A stretch of 64,000 nucleotides of DNA from Candidatus Multivoradales bacterium (GTDB lineage: Bacteria; Acidobacteriota; Thermoanaerobaculia; Multivoradales; JAHEKO01): NCBI GenBank assembly GCA_965248055.1, contig CBDFIJ010000004.1, forward strand, positions 2,232,777-2,296,776, written 5' to 3'. The notes under the pieces were generated by a model. It did no database searches, had not been told where the DNA came from, and saw only the letters and a program-made list of their open reading frames with translations. Of the stretch, positions 45,675-56,130 are shown piece after piece (position 1 is the stretch's first letter; each line of letters begins with the position of its first letter). A program made the translations under genes and the position numbers.

Positions 45675-46181
45675 CTAGAATTCAGTCTTTTGGATCGTTT
45701 GGTGGATCTCGTTGACCTGCATCAAAGCGGCTGAGGCGTAGAGCTTGGTCATTTCATAGACGAAGATCCCGGCTTCGACGGTTGGATCTGTCTTGATGAG
45801 CGCTTCGGCCTTGTCAAGAGTTCCCGCGTTGAGTACCAGAATTCCGCGCATTGGTGCACGGTCCATTAGTGGTCCGGCCACAGCCAATTTCCCTTCTTCG
45901 GCGAGTCGGCCCATGTTGGCGAAATGCCCCGAGAACAAGGCTTGGCGCTCCTCTGGGTCGGTGATTTTTGAGTCCGCGGGACCGGTTTTCAAGATCACCA
46001 GTACGTAGGACTTCATGCCGTATTGGTCTGCCCCCAGTTGCTCTGCCAGTTGTTGGTCGTAGACCTTCTGTGAGGGATGGTCTACCTTGATCGGATCGGA
46101 AGCAAGAAGAGGAGAGACGGCGACCATCAATAGAACGGCAGATAGGAATTTCATTTTAGTCATCACGATTCTCGGTTTCAA
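45675..46181 (-). CDS. Secreted YciI-like / Dabb-fold protein.
   Basis: Signal peptide MKFLSAVLLMVAVSPLLASD. YVLVILKTGP...DPEERQALFSGHFANMGRLAEEGKLAVAGP. Confidence 0.5.
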   Translation of the reverse strand: MKPRIVMTKMKFLSAVLLMVAVSPLLASDPIKVDHPSQKVYDQQLAEQLGADQYGMKSYVLVILKTGPADSKITDPEERQALFSGHFANMGRLAEEGKLAVAGPLMDRAPMRGILVLNAGTLDKAEALIKTDPTVEAGIFVYEMTKLYASAALMQVNEIHQTIQKTEF

Positions 46182-46241
46182 AGATTTGTAGTGCCGGGCA
46201 TTGCCAGCGCGAGACGCGACCTCAACCGCAGCACTATTGGG

Positions 46242-47834
46242 CTAGATCGCCTGACCGGGCTCCAAGAAGCTGGTGCAGGTGGCGCGGGCGTCGCTTTCTG
46301 GGTCGAGAGCGGCATGATCGCAACGGCTGGTCACCGCGTCGCGTGCCGCAGAGATCACCTCTTGTCGTTCGGCGTCGCCCTCAGCCCACTCCAGCATTGC
46401 GGTGGACAAACGGGCCCAGCTGTGACGGTTGCGGCCGGAAAAAGCTGAATCGTCGACCAAGTGCTCGTCGGCCAGTGCCAAGGAATCTCGACGCACCGAC
46501 TCTAAGTTTTCTGGAGTGATTTCCATCAGGGTGCGAATGAACCCGGCGCCGCGTTGCAGCCTTGTCGCTGGACCGGTCGCGGTGTCCCAACCCTTGCGGT
46601 ACCACTTCATGGCTTCTTCGGTGTTCCCGGCGTCGTTTTCCAGCCAGCCAATCCAAGACATGTAGTAGTAAGGCGCTACCGCGTCATCAACCCGATTCTT
46701 GAGTAGTTCGATTGCTTCGCCTTTGAGGCCTGAATCGCGAAGCAAGTGAGCCATAGAGTTCATCACCGACTGGAGTTCGTTGGGGTTGGTGGTCCGATCG
46801 TTGCCCCATTGAACTTTCTCACGCACCGCCTTCAGGAGTTCTTCGGGGAGCTCTTCTTCTTCCTTCGCGGCCAGTTGTGCAGCGCTGATGCGTGGCCGAA
46901 ACGCTGCGATTCTCTCCGCGGTGGTCAGCGATTCATCCGCCTCGACCGTGGTTGCGACCTGTAGCCATTGCTGAATCAACTGATCGCGTTGTTCGCCTTC
47001 CTCTGTGAGCAGCGGAGCGACCGTGTCCAAGCCATAAGCGAACAACCACCAATTGCTGTTACGCAGGGCCGGGTCGTTGATCAAAGCGGTGGTCTCCGCC
47101 AGAAGCTGAGACCGTTCTTCCTCTTCGACCTGGACTTCCTCTTGAGCATCCAAGGTGTCGATATACAGGGCGAGAAAGCGGCTGCGTTCGAGTTGGTACT
47201 CGGTTGGTGTCTCGGACCATAGTCGGCGCGCTACTGCCAGATCCTCCTCGGAGGCATAGTCGAAGTCCGAGTCCTGGCCCCAGGAGTGATAGGCAAGCTG
47301 CCCGAGGTCGTTACGGTCGGCGTTGCCGGGACCGGTTTCCAGGACACTCGCGACCACTTCCTGGATTGGGCTGGTTGCCGCCAAGGCCAGATCCAGCACC
47401 TCGGTGTATTCTGCGATCGGCACATCCGAGGACATGCGTAGAACTTCGTTGCCGTCCGGTTCCAGAATGATCACCGTGGGATAGCCATTGATGTCGAGCT
47501 TCTCGCCCCAAATTTGTGCCCGTTCAGTATCTCCGTCGAGGTAGACCGGGACGAACAGCTTGCTCTTGGCGACGAACTCCGGCTTGGTAAAGATCTTGTC
47601 CTTGAGATAGTGGCACGGTGGGCACCAGACGGCGCCCCAATACAGGAACACAGGCTTGCGGGATTCTTTAGCGTAGGCGAACGCTTCCTCCACAGAGCCG
47701 TCGAACCAAGCGATCTGTTCCGCGCTAGCTTCGTCGTGCTCCGTCGTGGAATCAGAGACTCCTTGACAGCTGATAACAGCCAGGGACAAGGTCAAGAACA
47801 GCGCCGAAATGACGCGAGGTTGGGTCGAAAGCAT
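46242..47834 (-). CDS. Thioredoxin-fold lipoprotein (WCPPC active site) with a long helical C-terminal extension.
   Basis: The internal ATG at 47834 gives MLSTQPRVISALFLTLSLAVISCQG (lipobox), then ...PVFLYWGAVWCPPCHYLKD... Confidence 0.6.
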   Translation of the reverse strand: MLSTQPRVISALFLTLSLAVISCQGVSDSTTEHDEASAEQIAWFDGSVEEAFAYAKESRKPVFLYWGAVWCPPCHYLKDKIFTKPEFVAKSKLFVPVYLDGDTERAQIWGEKLDINGYPTVIILEPDGNEVLRMSSDVPIAEYTEVLDLALAATSPIQEVVASVLETGPGNADRNDLGQLAYHSWGQDSDFDYASEEDLAVARRLWSETPTEYQLERSRFLALYIDTLDAQEEVQVEEEERSQLLAETTALINDPALRNSNWWLFAYGLDTVAPLLTEEGEQRDQLIQQWLQVATTVEADESLTTAERIAAFRPRISAAQLAAKEEEELPEELLKAVREKVQWGNDRTTNPNELQSVMNSMAHLLRDSGLKGEAIELLKNRVDDAVAPYYYMSWIGWLENDAGNTEEAMKWYRKGWDTATGPATRLQRGAGFIRTLMEITPENLESVRRDSLALADEHLVDDSAFSGRNRHSWARLSTAMLEWAEGDAERQEVISAARDAVTSRCDHAALDPESDARATCTSFLEPGQAI

Positions 47835-48435
47835 GACGATCTCCGATAAGTCTGGTTTGTGGGCTGCCGGGATCGGAATCCTAGATCCCCCGCAGGGTAC
47901 CCATTGTACGGAAATAGCGTTGCGATGGCTTGCCCGAAGTTTGGCTCTAGCTATGAGTAGGAATAAGCTGGTGTGGCCGAAAACCACCGTGAACGGAGTA
48001 AGACTATGATCTTTCGACAGATAGTTGACTCGCGTTTGGCCCAGTATGCGTATCTACCGAGATTGTGCTCTTGGCCGTTCGCGGCGCGGCTAAGCTCGCC
48101 ACCGGTGATGTTCCGGACGCGGTTAACATAGCGCCATACTCGCCTTCTGGCACCCAGGATCAACGAAATCCCCCAGGCCGACCAGTTGGCGGTGCATTGC
48201 GAGATGGGAGGGAGAGAAAGCTGGCGGTGTCGTACTTGGAGCACAGCGGAATGACGCCAATTCTCATCACCGAGGTTTTTCCCCAGTGGTGGCATGAGCG
48301 AAAGAAAACTTCCTCGGCGGCATAGCAGGATATCTGTGAAACCCCATGGGAATATCGTAAACTCGCTCGAGCCGATTTGGCCCAGGGTGAATTCTTGAAA
48401 CAGAACCGAATCACCGACGGAAACGAGGAGTGAAG

Positions 48436-48825
48436 ATGATGCACAAGGAAAATCCGCAACGAATGGCTTTAGCAGCAATGCTCGGTGTTCTGGTCTTAAC
48501 CGTGGTCGCAGCTGCTTGCGGTGGCGGTGGCAGTTCAGCCTCTGGTGGTGGCGATCTCGCCGCTGGCAAGGCGCTATTTGGCAAAAACTGCGCCACCTGC
48601 CACGGCCTCAACGGAGAAGGTGTCCCCAACCTGGGTAAGGACATGCGCGGCAACCAATGGATCAAGGATCAATCTGACGCCGAGTTGGTTCAGTTCCTCA
48701 CGGACGGTCGCAAGGGTTCGGATCCACTCAATGTCACCGGTATCGATATGCCGCCCAAGGGTGGCAACGCGAAGCTGACCGATGCAGATCTGGAGAAAAT
48801 CGTCGAGTTCATGCGCACCTTGTAA
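48436..48825 (+). CDS. Class I c-type cytochrome (lipoprotein).
   Basis: RBS GAGGAG. Lipobox LTVVAAACGG. Heme-binding CATCH (CXXCH) with Met ligand region. Confidence 0.75.
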   Translation: MMHKENPQRMALAAMLGVLVLTVVAAACGGGGSSASGGGDLAAGKALFGKNCATCHGLNGEGVPNLGKDMRGNQWIKDQSDAELVQFLTDGRKGSDPLNVTGIDMPPKGGNAKLTDADLEKIVEFMRTL

Positions 48826-49009
48826 GGGCTGGACGATGAGTGAACAGGAACACCGTCCCACTGGCGCATTGGTTTGGATCGCGCTGTACATGGTTCTTTT
48901 GGCGCTGGGTTGGCTCAACGTCTATTTGAGACTTTGGTTCTAGCCCTGGAGAGTTTGCGACCCTGAGGGTGGCGGGCGGTAGCTGAGTTGCGTAAGGAGG
49001 GCATCAGCA

Positions 49010-49537
49010 TTGAAAAAACATACTCTTTTTGAACTGGCCTGGATCCTGCCGAGCTTGGCGCTGCCATTCGGTATCTTGGTGGCGATCTTGGTCACGGTGT
49101 TTGGCGTCGGCATGCACGTGCCCTCCGCCCACAGCCGAATCGATCCAAAACAAGCGGCAACTACAGCTCCGTTCGACCAGTTAGGCGTATTCAAAACCGG
49201 GTACATGACCTACGAGGCCCGCATGCTGGCGCGCACTTGGTCCTTCGATCCAGCTGAAATACGGGTACCGGTTGGCTCTGAAGTGACCTTTGTGGTGACC
49301 AGCCTGGATTTGGTGCATGGGATGTTGATCGACGACCCCAACGTAAACGTAATGTTGATTCCCGGCGAGGTAGCGCGAGTAAAAGCGATCTTCGACAAAG
49401 CCGGCGAGTACCCAATTATTTGTCACGAATACTGCGGCATCGCTCATCAAACGATGTGGGCGCGGGTGATTGTGGAACCCGCGGTCAATGCATCTTTGAA
49501 CCTAGAAGAAGGAGTTGAGGGTCATGCAGCACGCTGA
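49010..49537 (+). CDS. Heme-copper oxidase subunit II, small ba3/B-family type, CuA centre.
   Basis: TTG start with RBS AAGGAGGG. One TM. CuA motif ICHEYCGIAHQTM. 175 aa. Confidence 0.7.
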   Translation: MKKHTLFELAWILPSLALPFGILVAILVTVFGVGMHVPSAHSRIDPKQAATTAPFDQLGVFKTGYMTYEARMLARTWSFDPAEIRVPVGSEVTFVVTSLDLVHGMLIDDPNVNVMLIPGEVARVKAIFDKAGEYPIICHEYCGIAHQTMWARVIVEPAVNASLNLEEGVEGHAAR

Positions 49538-51164
49538 CACCGCGTCCGATCGTAAGCTCACCGGGGCCTTTATTGCGGTGAGCTTGGTGGCTCTGTTTGG
49601 TGGCATGACCACCGGGCTGTTTCAAGGCTTGGAGCACGCCGGAATCAACGTCTACGGCAGCCTCAAGCCGGTCGTTCAGTCTTACTACCACGGGCTGAGC
49701 ATTCATGGCGTATTGAACGCCCTGGTGTTTACCACTTTCTTTATCTGCGGCTTTGTTCCCTTCGTCATGATGCGCGCCCTGGGTCGACCGTTGGCCAGCC
49801 GCAAGCTCGCCTGGGGCACTTTTTGGCTGATGACCGGCGGTTTGGTGATGGCGGCAGTTCCGTTGCTCGCCAATGCAGCTTCGGTGCTTTACACCATGTA
49901 TCCGCCGATGCAGGCACATTGGGCGTTTTATCTAGGACTGACCTTGGTGGTGGTGGGGACTTGGCTGGTGACAGGTAACTTGACCATGACCTACCGGGGC
50001 TGGCGGCGAGATCATCCCGGGGAAAAATTGCCGCTACCTGCCTTCATGTGTGTGGCGACCTTTTTCATGTGGACCATCGCCTCGATGGGCCTGGCGACCG
50101 AGATGGTGACCATGCTGATCCCGTGGTCGATGGGTTTGGTCGAGAACACCGACGCGCTGACCGCGCGCATCTTGTTTTGGTTCACCGGTCACCCGATCGT
50201 CTACTTCTGGTTGTTGCCGGCATACATTTCTTGGTACGCCATGGTGCCCAAGCAGGCCGGAGGCAAGCTGTTTAGTGACCCGATGGCGCGGATCGCGTTT
50301 ATCCTGTTCTTGCTGCTATCGACCCCCACCGGTTTTCATCATCAGTTCACCGACCCCGGCATCCACGAGGGTTTCAAACTGGTGCATATGATCTTTACTT
50401 TTGGAGTGTTTTTTCCCAGCTTGTTGACCTTCTTTAACGTCGTCGCTTCGCTGGAACTGGCCGGCAAGAATCGGGGCGGGCGGGGCATCTTTGGTTGGTT
50501 CTTCAAACTCCCCTGGAGCGACCCGTCTGTGGCTGCCCAGGTGTTGGCGATGGTGGTGTTTGTCTTTGGAGGTATCGGGGGTTTGATCAACGCCTCGATG
50601 AATCTGAACTTGATTGTTCACAACACCGCCTGGATTCCCGGTCACCTCCACCTGACCGTGGGAACGGCTTCGGCGCTTACTTTCATAGGCATTTGTTACT
50701 GGCTGGTGCCACTACTCAAAGGACGGGCTCTTTGGAGCAAGCGTATGGCGCAGGTACAGGTGTGGAGCTGGTTGGTCGGCATGGTGGTGTTCTCCAACGC
50801 CTTGCATCGCTTGGGCCTAATGGGCGCCCCTCGAAGAACCCCACTCGGCTCGGTTGCCTACGCCCAACCGGAGTGGTCTTCCGCCCTGCCGTTGGTGGGA
50901 ATTGGTGGCACTGTGCTGTTCCTCAGTGGGCTGCTGTTTTTCCTCAACATGTTGGCGACCATCTGGGTTTCCAAGCGTGAGGTCGAGATCGAGGTGCCTT
51001 TTGCGGAAGCCATCGCCGATTCGTCCGAAGCCCTGGCAATTCTTGAGCGTTGGGGAATCTGGGTGACCTCTGCCGTGGTCTTGGTGCTGCTCGCCTATGG
51101 TCCACCTTTGATGGGGATTTTGTCGAGACTCGAACTTCAGTCGCCAGGCTTCAAGGTTTGGTAG
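49515..51164 (+). CDS. Heme-copper oxidase subunit I (B-family/ba3-type).
   Basis: ~12-13 TM segments. Conserved His ligands, e.g. WFTGHPIVYFW and HHQFTDPG. An alternative ATG exists at 49524. Confidence 0.75.
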   Translation: MRVMQHADTASDRKLTGAFIAVSLVALFGGMTTGLFQGLEHAGINVYGSLKPVVQSYYHGLSIHGVLNALVFTTFFICGFVPFVMMRALGRPLASRKLAWGTFWLMTGGLVMAAVPLLANAASVLYTMYPPMQAHWAFYLGLTLVVVGTWLVTGNLTMTYRGWRRDHPGEKLPLPAFMCVATFFMWTIASMGLATEMVTMLIPWSMGLVENTDALTARILFWFTGHPIVYFWLLPAYISWYAMVPKQAGGKLFSDPMARIAFILFLLLSTPTGFHHQFTDPGIHEGFKLVHMIFTFGVFFPSLLTFFNVVASLELAGKNRGGRGIFGWFFKLPWSDPSVAAQVLAMVVFVFGGIGGLINASMNLNLIVHNTAWIPGHLHLTVGTASALTFIGICYWLVPLLKGRALWSKRMAQVQVWSWLVGMVVFSNALHRLGLMGAPRRTPLGSVAYAQPEWSSALPLVGIGGTVLFLSGLLFFLNMLATIWVSKREVEIEVPFAEAIADSSEALAILERWGIWVTSAVVLVLLAYGPPLMGILSRLELQSPGFKVW

Positions 51165-51248
51165 TGATCCGGGCTCTAGCAGATTGAAACGTCGTAGCCC
51201 GGGTCTCAGTGGCTCGGACTTGTAAGAAAAACTGACTCGGGAGGTCGT

Positions 51249-51308
51249 ATGAATAGCTTTATCCAAGGGCGTCGTTTGAGGCTTAGGTATTGCCTTGTAG
51301 TGACACTT
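51249..51308 (+). pseudogene. Orphaned 5' start (RBS plus first 20 codons of the signal peptide) of the TonB-dependent receptor gene, split by the IS at 51309-52904.
   Basis: GGGAGG-N4-ATG, MNSFIQGRRLRLRYCLVVTL, then the IS terminal repeat cggaacctg... Confidence 0.55.
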
Positions 51309-51348
51309 CGGAACCTGTCAACAACTTTGAGACAGTTGGCAGAATTAA

Positions 51349-52362
51349 TTAGTGAATCGGGACAACCTCCTTGGTGCGCTGATGTTTGGGTGGGTTGATC
51401 CAGACGGCCCTCGGTAATAGCTGAACGGTCGGTCTTCCACGGACAAATCGCTGTGGGTTGTTTCGCCAAGCTTGGTCAAGGGCCAGTTGACGGATCTTGA
51501 GCTTGTGGTCGGCCTTGCCGCAGTGGACATCTTCGGGTGTCAGCATGGCGATGCCGGCGTGCCGGTGCTGGGTGTTGTACCAGCGGAAAAACGAGCGGCA
51601 GAAGGCGATCGCGTCCTCGATTGAGCCGAACCGATCCGGAAAGCTCGGGTGATACTTGAGGGTCTTGAATTGTGCTTCGGAGAAGGGGTTATCGTTGGAG
51701 ATGCGAGGCCGCGAGAACGACTGAGAGATACCAAGCCGTACGAGGAGTCGTCCGGTGTCCTTGGCGGTCATCGGCGAGCCCCGATCACTGTGTAGGGTTA
51801 GCTGATTCTTGGGAATGCCTTGCTTGGTTGAGGTCTCCTCGAGAAGCCTTTGGGCTAAGGCCTCGCGTTCGTGCTCGGCGAGCATCCAGCCGACCACATA
51901 GCGGCTGAAGATATCGAGGACAACGTAGAGATAGAACCACCATCCCGGCTGCGGACCTCGCAGCCGGGTGATATCCCAGCTCCAGACTTGGTTTGCCGCT
52001 GTGGCGAGTAGCTCTGGCTTGGTATAGACCGGATGGCGGCGTTGGCGCCGTCTCTCCTGCAGCGTCTTCTCAGCTGCCAGGAGTCGGTACATGGTGCGCT
52101 CCGAGCACAGATAGCGTTCTTCGTCGAGAAGGGTGGCCACCACGGCCGCCGGTGCAGCGTCGACAAAGCGCGGCCCGTTGAGTAGGTCAAGGACCTGTTG
52201 TTTTTCGCTGACTGTCAGTGCCCGAGCTGGAGTCGGTCGAGGCTGCTGAGGCTCGGTTGATCTCGGCCGAAGCCGACGATAGAACGTTGCACGACTGACG
52301 CTCAGGCTCCGGCAGGCCGGTGCGATACCGACCCACGGAGCCAGCGTCCTGGCCGCTTTCAC
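51349..52362 (-). CDS. IS3-family transposase OrfB (DDE).
   Basis: WSWDITRL...YLYVVLDIFSRYVVGWM...HSDRGSPMTA...DNPFSEAQFKTLKYHP. Related to, but diverged from, the 25080-26084 OrfB. Confidence 0.85.
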   Translation of the reverse strand: MKAARTLAPWVGIAPACRSLSVSRATFYRRLRPRSTEPQQPRPTPARALTVSEKQQVLDLLNGPRFVDAAPAAVVATLLDEERYLCSERTMYRLLAAEKTLQERRRQRRHPVYTKPELLATAANQVWSWDITRLRGPQPGWWFYLYVVLDIFSRYVVGWMLAEHEREALAQRLLEETSTKQGIPKNQLTLHSDRGSPMTAKDTGRLLVRLGISQSFSRPRISNDNPFSEAQFKTLKYHPSFPDRFGSIEDAIAFCRSFFRWYNTQHRHAGIAMLTPEDVHCGKADHKLKIRQLALDQAWRNNPQRFVRGRPTVQLLPRAVWINPPKHQRTKEVVPIH

Positions 52363-52838
52363 GAGTTCTTCTCGCCCTCTGAGGGGATACCCAGCAGCCC
52401 GGCTACTTTTCTTTGCACATCGATGATCAGCTGTGCCTTGTGCAATTCGTTCTCAAGCCGAGTCTTCTCCCGCTCTAGTCGAGCAACCTTGCTTTCCAAC
52501 GGGTGCCTTTTGGGTTTGCGTCCACGGCTTTTGCCGAGCGCGGCAAGCGATCCCCGTCGCCGAGCTAGGCGCCAGTTAGATAGATGAGATGAGTAGAGAC
52601 CCTCCCGGCGCAACAGGGACCCGACCTCCTCTCGGCTGGAGCAAGCGTCGGCCTGCTCCAAGATCGCCAGCTTGTACTTTGCCGTAAACCGCCGTCTGGC
52701 GGGTCGAGCCTCGATCTCAGGGTCGGGTACCGATTCGGGGGTCGAGGACAAATGCGCCGTCTCCCCTCCGGCTCCCTCGTCGCTACGCTCCTCGGTCGCC
52801 TTCGGCGAGACGGGCAATATGGGCTGATTCTGAAACAT
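52359..52838 (-). CDS. IS3-family transposase OrfA.
   Basis: RRRFTAKYKLAILEQADACSSREEVGSLLRREGLYSSHLSNWRLAR; leucine zipper LEREKTRLENELHKAQL. Confidence 0.85.
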   Translation of the reverse strand: MFQNQPILPVSPKATEERSDEGAGGETAHLSSTPESVPDPEIEARPARRRFTAKYKLAILEQADACSSREEVGSLLRREGLYSSHLSNWRLARRRGSLAALGKSRGRKPKRHPLESKVARLEREKTRLENELHKAQLIIDVQRKVAGLLGIPSEGEKNS

Positions 52839-52904
52839 ACTGAAACCTCCTTCCGCCCTCTAATTATCAGGGGGCCAAGTGTCTCAGCTACGTTGGCAGA
52901 TAGG

Positions 52905-54954
52905 GCTTGGTGGCGCCGTTGCACTGTCGGCAGCCGATCAACAGGGCGTAGAAGTTGAAGATGAGTCGTCGGAAACCAAAGCGGAATTTCGCCAATCGAT
53001 TTCCGTTTCCGCCAATCACCCGGATACACCGTCTGAAGTTGTCAAAACCAGCGATGAGATCGAAACTTGGGGCGGCGAAGATCTTGGAGCCTTGTTGCGA
53101 CGCCAGCCAGGGATGGAAGCAGTCCGGCGCGGTGCCATTGGGATGGATCCGCAGGTGAGAGGACTGCGCGAGGGGCAGCTTGCGATCTTCGTTGACGGTA
53201 CCCGTACTTTTTCGGCTGCGCCTGGGCGTATGGACTCCGCGCTGGCACACATCAGTCCGCGAGCTGTTGAGAAGCTCACTGTGGTCAAAGGACCATACGC
53301 CTTGGAATGGGGTGCTGGGGCGATGGCGGCGATCTACCTCGATACCCACCGCGGGGTCTTTGCCGACTCCTTACTGCAGCCATTGGGGAGAGTTGGCGTC
53401 GACTATGGCAGCAATGGCAACCCCCATGACGCCTACGTGAGCTTGTCATCCGGAGGACCACAGGTGCGTTGGAATGGGTTCGCGCAGACGCGTGCTGGTG
53501 ACGACTATGAAGATGGAAGCGGAGCCAAGATTCCTGGGGACTACCAATCCACAGATCTGCGTTGGAATGTTGATGCCATGATCAACGAGAGTTGGCAACT
53601 CGGCTACGCCGGCGGCCGGCAGAGCCAAGACGACATCGACTACCCTGGGCGGCTTCTGGATGCCACGTATTTCGACACCCGCTCGCACGACCTAACCCTG
53701 ACAGGCAGTTCTCGGTTAGTGGACGCCATACAGTTTCAGGTTTACAGCAACGACAAGAGCCATGCGATGAACAATGCAGCGAAACCCACGGCTCGTCCAA
53801 TGGCGGGGCGGACGCCTCCGTTCGCGATCCAGGTCGACTTGCCGGCGTCTTCCGACACCAGTGGTGGAAGAGCGATGGTGACGTGGGGTTTCGGCGATTG
53901 GTCGTTGACTACCGGCGTCGATCACTACACCCTAGTGCAAAACGCGACTCGCACCATCAGCCGACGCGACACAGGAATGGTGATGTTTGACGATATGGTT
54001 TGGCCCGATGTCCAGACACAAGATACCGGGGCCTACGCCAGAGCGACCTACCGTGGAGACCGGTGGACGATGGGTAGCACTATCCGGATGGACAAAGCGT
54101 CCACAGCCATGCGGGGCGAGTCCGTGTTGTTTTCTGAATTGCCTGCTGAGTTGGGCGGGCGAGATGACAGTCTGATCGCCGTGGCGGTGAGTGGGCGTCG
54201 TCAATTGGGTAGTGAATGGGCGATCGTTGGCGGTCTTGGTGCGGTTGAGCGATTACCGAGTGCTTTGGAGCGCTACGCGGACCGGTTTCCTGCCACGCGC
54301 TTTCAAGTGGCAGCGGAGTTCGTCGGTGACCCACAGCTAGCTCCAGAGAGGTCTCAGCAATTGGACCTCGGTATTGAGTATCGGGGAGCAAAGCTGGATG
54401 GTTCGATTAGCGTCTTTCACCGAGTAGTTGATGACTACATCACCGTATTGCCGGATAGCACCATTCCGCGCCGTCTCCCGATGAGTCCGAGCCAAGTCTT
54501 CCGCTACCGAAACGGTTCCGAGGCAACTTTCAGCGGTGCCGAACTGCAGGCTCGCCGTCAGACCGGGGTCAAGGTTGAGCTGTGGGGCAATCTTTCATGG
54601 TTGCAGGGAACAGACGAAGAATTTGGCGACCCAGCCTTCGGAGTGCCACCACTACGTGCCTGGATAGGAGGGCTACTGCACGCCACCGCCTCTCTCGACA
54701 TTGAACTGGCCTGGACTCTTGAGCACCGTCAAGATCGGGTGGCTACCAGCCGTTTCGAGAAGCCCACTCCGGGATACGGTCGTGGTGACCTGTCATTCGC
54801 ATGGCAACGCTCCGATTGGCACTTCAAGCTGGTGGTCGAGAATCTTAACGACAAGGCATTCGTCCGCCATCTCAACGCCGCCAACCCCTTCACTGGCTTA
54901 AGCGTCTCAGAACGGGGGCACAGCGTTCGCGGCGCGGTGGAATGGAGGTTCTAG
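52905..54954 (+). CDS. TonB-dependent receptor (plug plus 22-strand barrel) whose 5' end is disrupted by the IS insertion. The ORF-track start at 52879 is inside the IS terminal repeat.
   Basis: ...LGGAVALSAADQQ (signal-peptide end), plug motifs, C-terminal ...VEWRF. Confidence 0.65.
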
Positions 54955-55104
54955 TTTGGTAGGGACACAGTGGAGTCTTGGTTTCCGTGATTGGTCGCCA
55001 GATATTTGGCAGAAGTGACACCGAGCTGGCTTGGTAGAAAAGAAATGTATAGCTTGGGAGTCACTCGGGCTCGGGCCTTAGACTCTTCGCAACCCATCGT
55101 TACG

Positions 55105-55674
55105 ATGAACCCGATTCGTCTCACGGCCATCGTCTTGTTGCTCACCGTAGTTGCTGCCTGCCAGTCTGTACCCAAGAGTTCTTCCAAGGATGGCAGCCCG
55201 GAGGCCAGTATGAGCGGTTTCTCGTGGGTAATTACCGATCAACTGGCCGCGATGCCCGCGCCCGGTGGTTCTCGCGACCTTGCTGAAGATCTCGACTACA
55301 TTGCCGGGCAGGGAATCAGCACCTTAGTCTCGTTGACTGAGGAGTCAATTGACATGGATCGACTGGATAGGCACGACTTGATTGGATATCACATTCCAGT
55401 CAAAGACTACACGGCTCCGACCCTGCTACAGATGCATGAGTTCGTGAAAATAGTGAGCCTTGTTGTTGCTCGCGGTGAACGTGCGGCGGTACATTGCACG
55501 GCTGGACTAGGCCGATCGGGCACAATGGTAGCGGCGTATTTCGTCAATCGAGGTCTTGAGGCGAACGACGCTATAGCCAAGATACGCAGGCTCCGCCCTG
55601 ATTCGATCGAGACTGCCGGTCAAGAGCAGGCTGTTCGCGACTACATGCAATTTCTGAAAGAAAAAGACGATTAG
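55105..55674 (+). CDS. Secreted/lipoprotein dual-specificity (Cys-based) protein phosphatase.
   Basis: MNPIRLTAIVLLLTVVAACQ lipobox. CX5R P-loop VHCTAGLGRSGT. Confidence 0.7.
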   Translation: MNPIRLTAIVLLLTVVAACQSVPKSSSKDGSPEASMSGFSWVITDQLAAMPAPGGSRDLAEDLDYIAGQGISTLVSLTEESIDMDRLDRHDLIGYHIPVKDYTAPTLLQMHEFVKIVSLVVARGERAAVHCTAGLGRSGTMVAAYFVNRGLEANDAIAKIRRLRPDSIETAGQEQAVRDYMQFLKEKDD

Positions 55675-55684
55675 GCGACATAGA

Positions 55685-55700
55685 GGACACAATTGTGTCC
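55685..55700. repeat. Perfect 16-bp palindrome ggacacaattgtgtcc, related to the hairpin at 56987-57013.
   Basis: Seen directly. Sits between the phosphatase stop and the Doc gene stop. Confidence 0.8.
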
Positions 55701-55707
55701 CGCTTGG

Positions 55708-56100
55708 TTATCCGATCCGCGTTCTCATCCATTCGGTCAGTTTAATTTTTCCGATCTGGCCTGCTGCGACGGCCAGGGTAGTTTGTTCCAGTGACTCGGG
55801 CGGCGGTAGTTTCTCGGTTTCATTGATGCTCAAGAACACCAAAGTCGCCAAAACCGCGGTGCGTTTGTTGCCGTCGATAAACGCATGGTTTTGCGCGATG
55901 TGAAAAAGATAGGCTGCCGCCATCGCTGGCAGATCAGGATGTAAATACTGGCCGTCGAATTGTTGCTGTGGCATGAGTACCGCCGACTCCAATAGGCCGA
56001 CATCGCGAAGACCACCCAAACCGCCTTCGACAGCGGTGGTGTTTTCGTGGATCGCCAGAACGTTGTTGACGCTGAGGAATTGTAGGTCCACCAAACCCAC
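55708..56100 (-). CDS. Doc (Fic-family) toxin.
   Basis: Fic motif HAFIDGNKRTAVLAT. 130 aa. Immediately downstream of a small antitoxin gene. Confidence 0.8.
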   Translation of the reverse strand: MGLVDLQFLSVNNVLAIHENTTAVEGGLGGLRDVGLLESAVLMPQQQFDGQYLHPDLPAMAAAYLFHIAQNHAFIDGNKRTAVLATLVFLSINETEKLPPPESLEQTTLAVAAGQIGKIKLTEWMRTRIG

Positions 56101-56130
56101 CTATCTCACCCACTTTTCTCTGGGGCCATT

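Larger units (their letters stand above)
51309..52904 (-). mobile_element. Second, divergent IS3-family insertion sequence (~1.6 kb).
   Basis: Ends cggaacctgtcaacaactttgagacag (51309-) and gtgtctcagctacgttggcagata (-52904) match the terminal repeats of the IS at 24577-26124. Carries its own orfA/orfB. Confidence 0.8.

Noticed and set aside
52879-52904. GTG start and MSQLRWQIG N-terminus of the TonB-dependent receptor as given in the ORF track
   Set aside because: These codons are the IS terminal inverted repeat (gtgtctcagctacgttggcag), not native receptor sequence.
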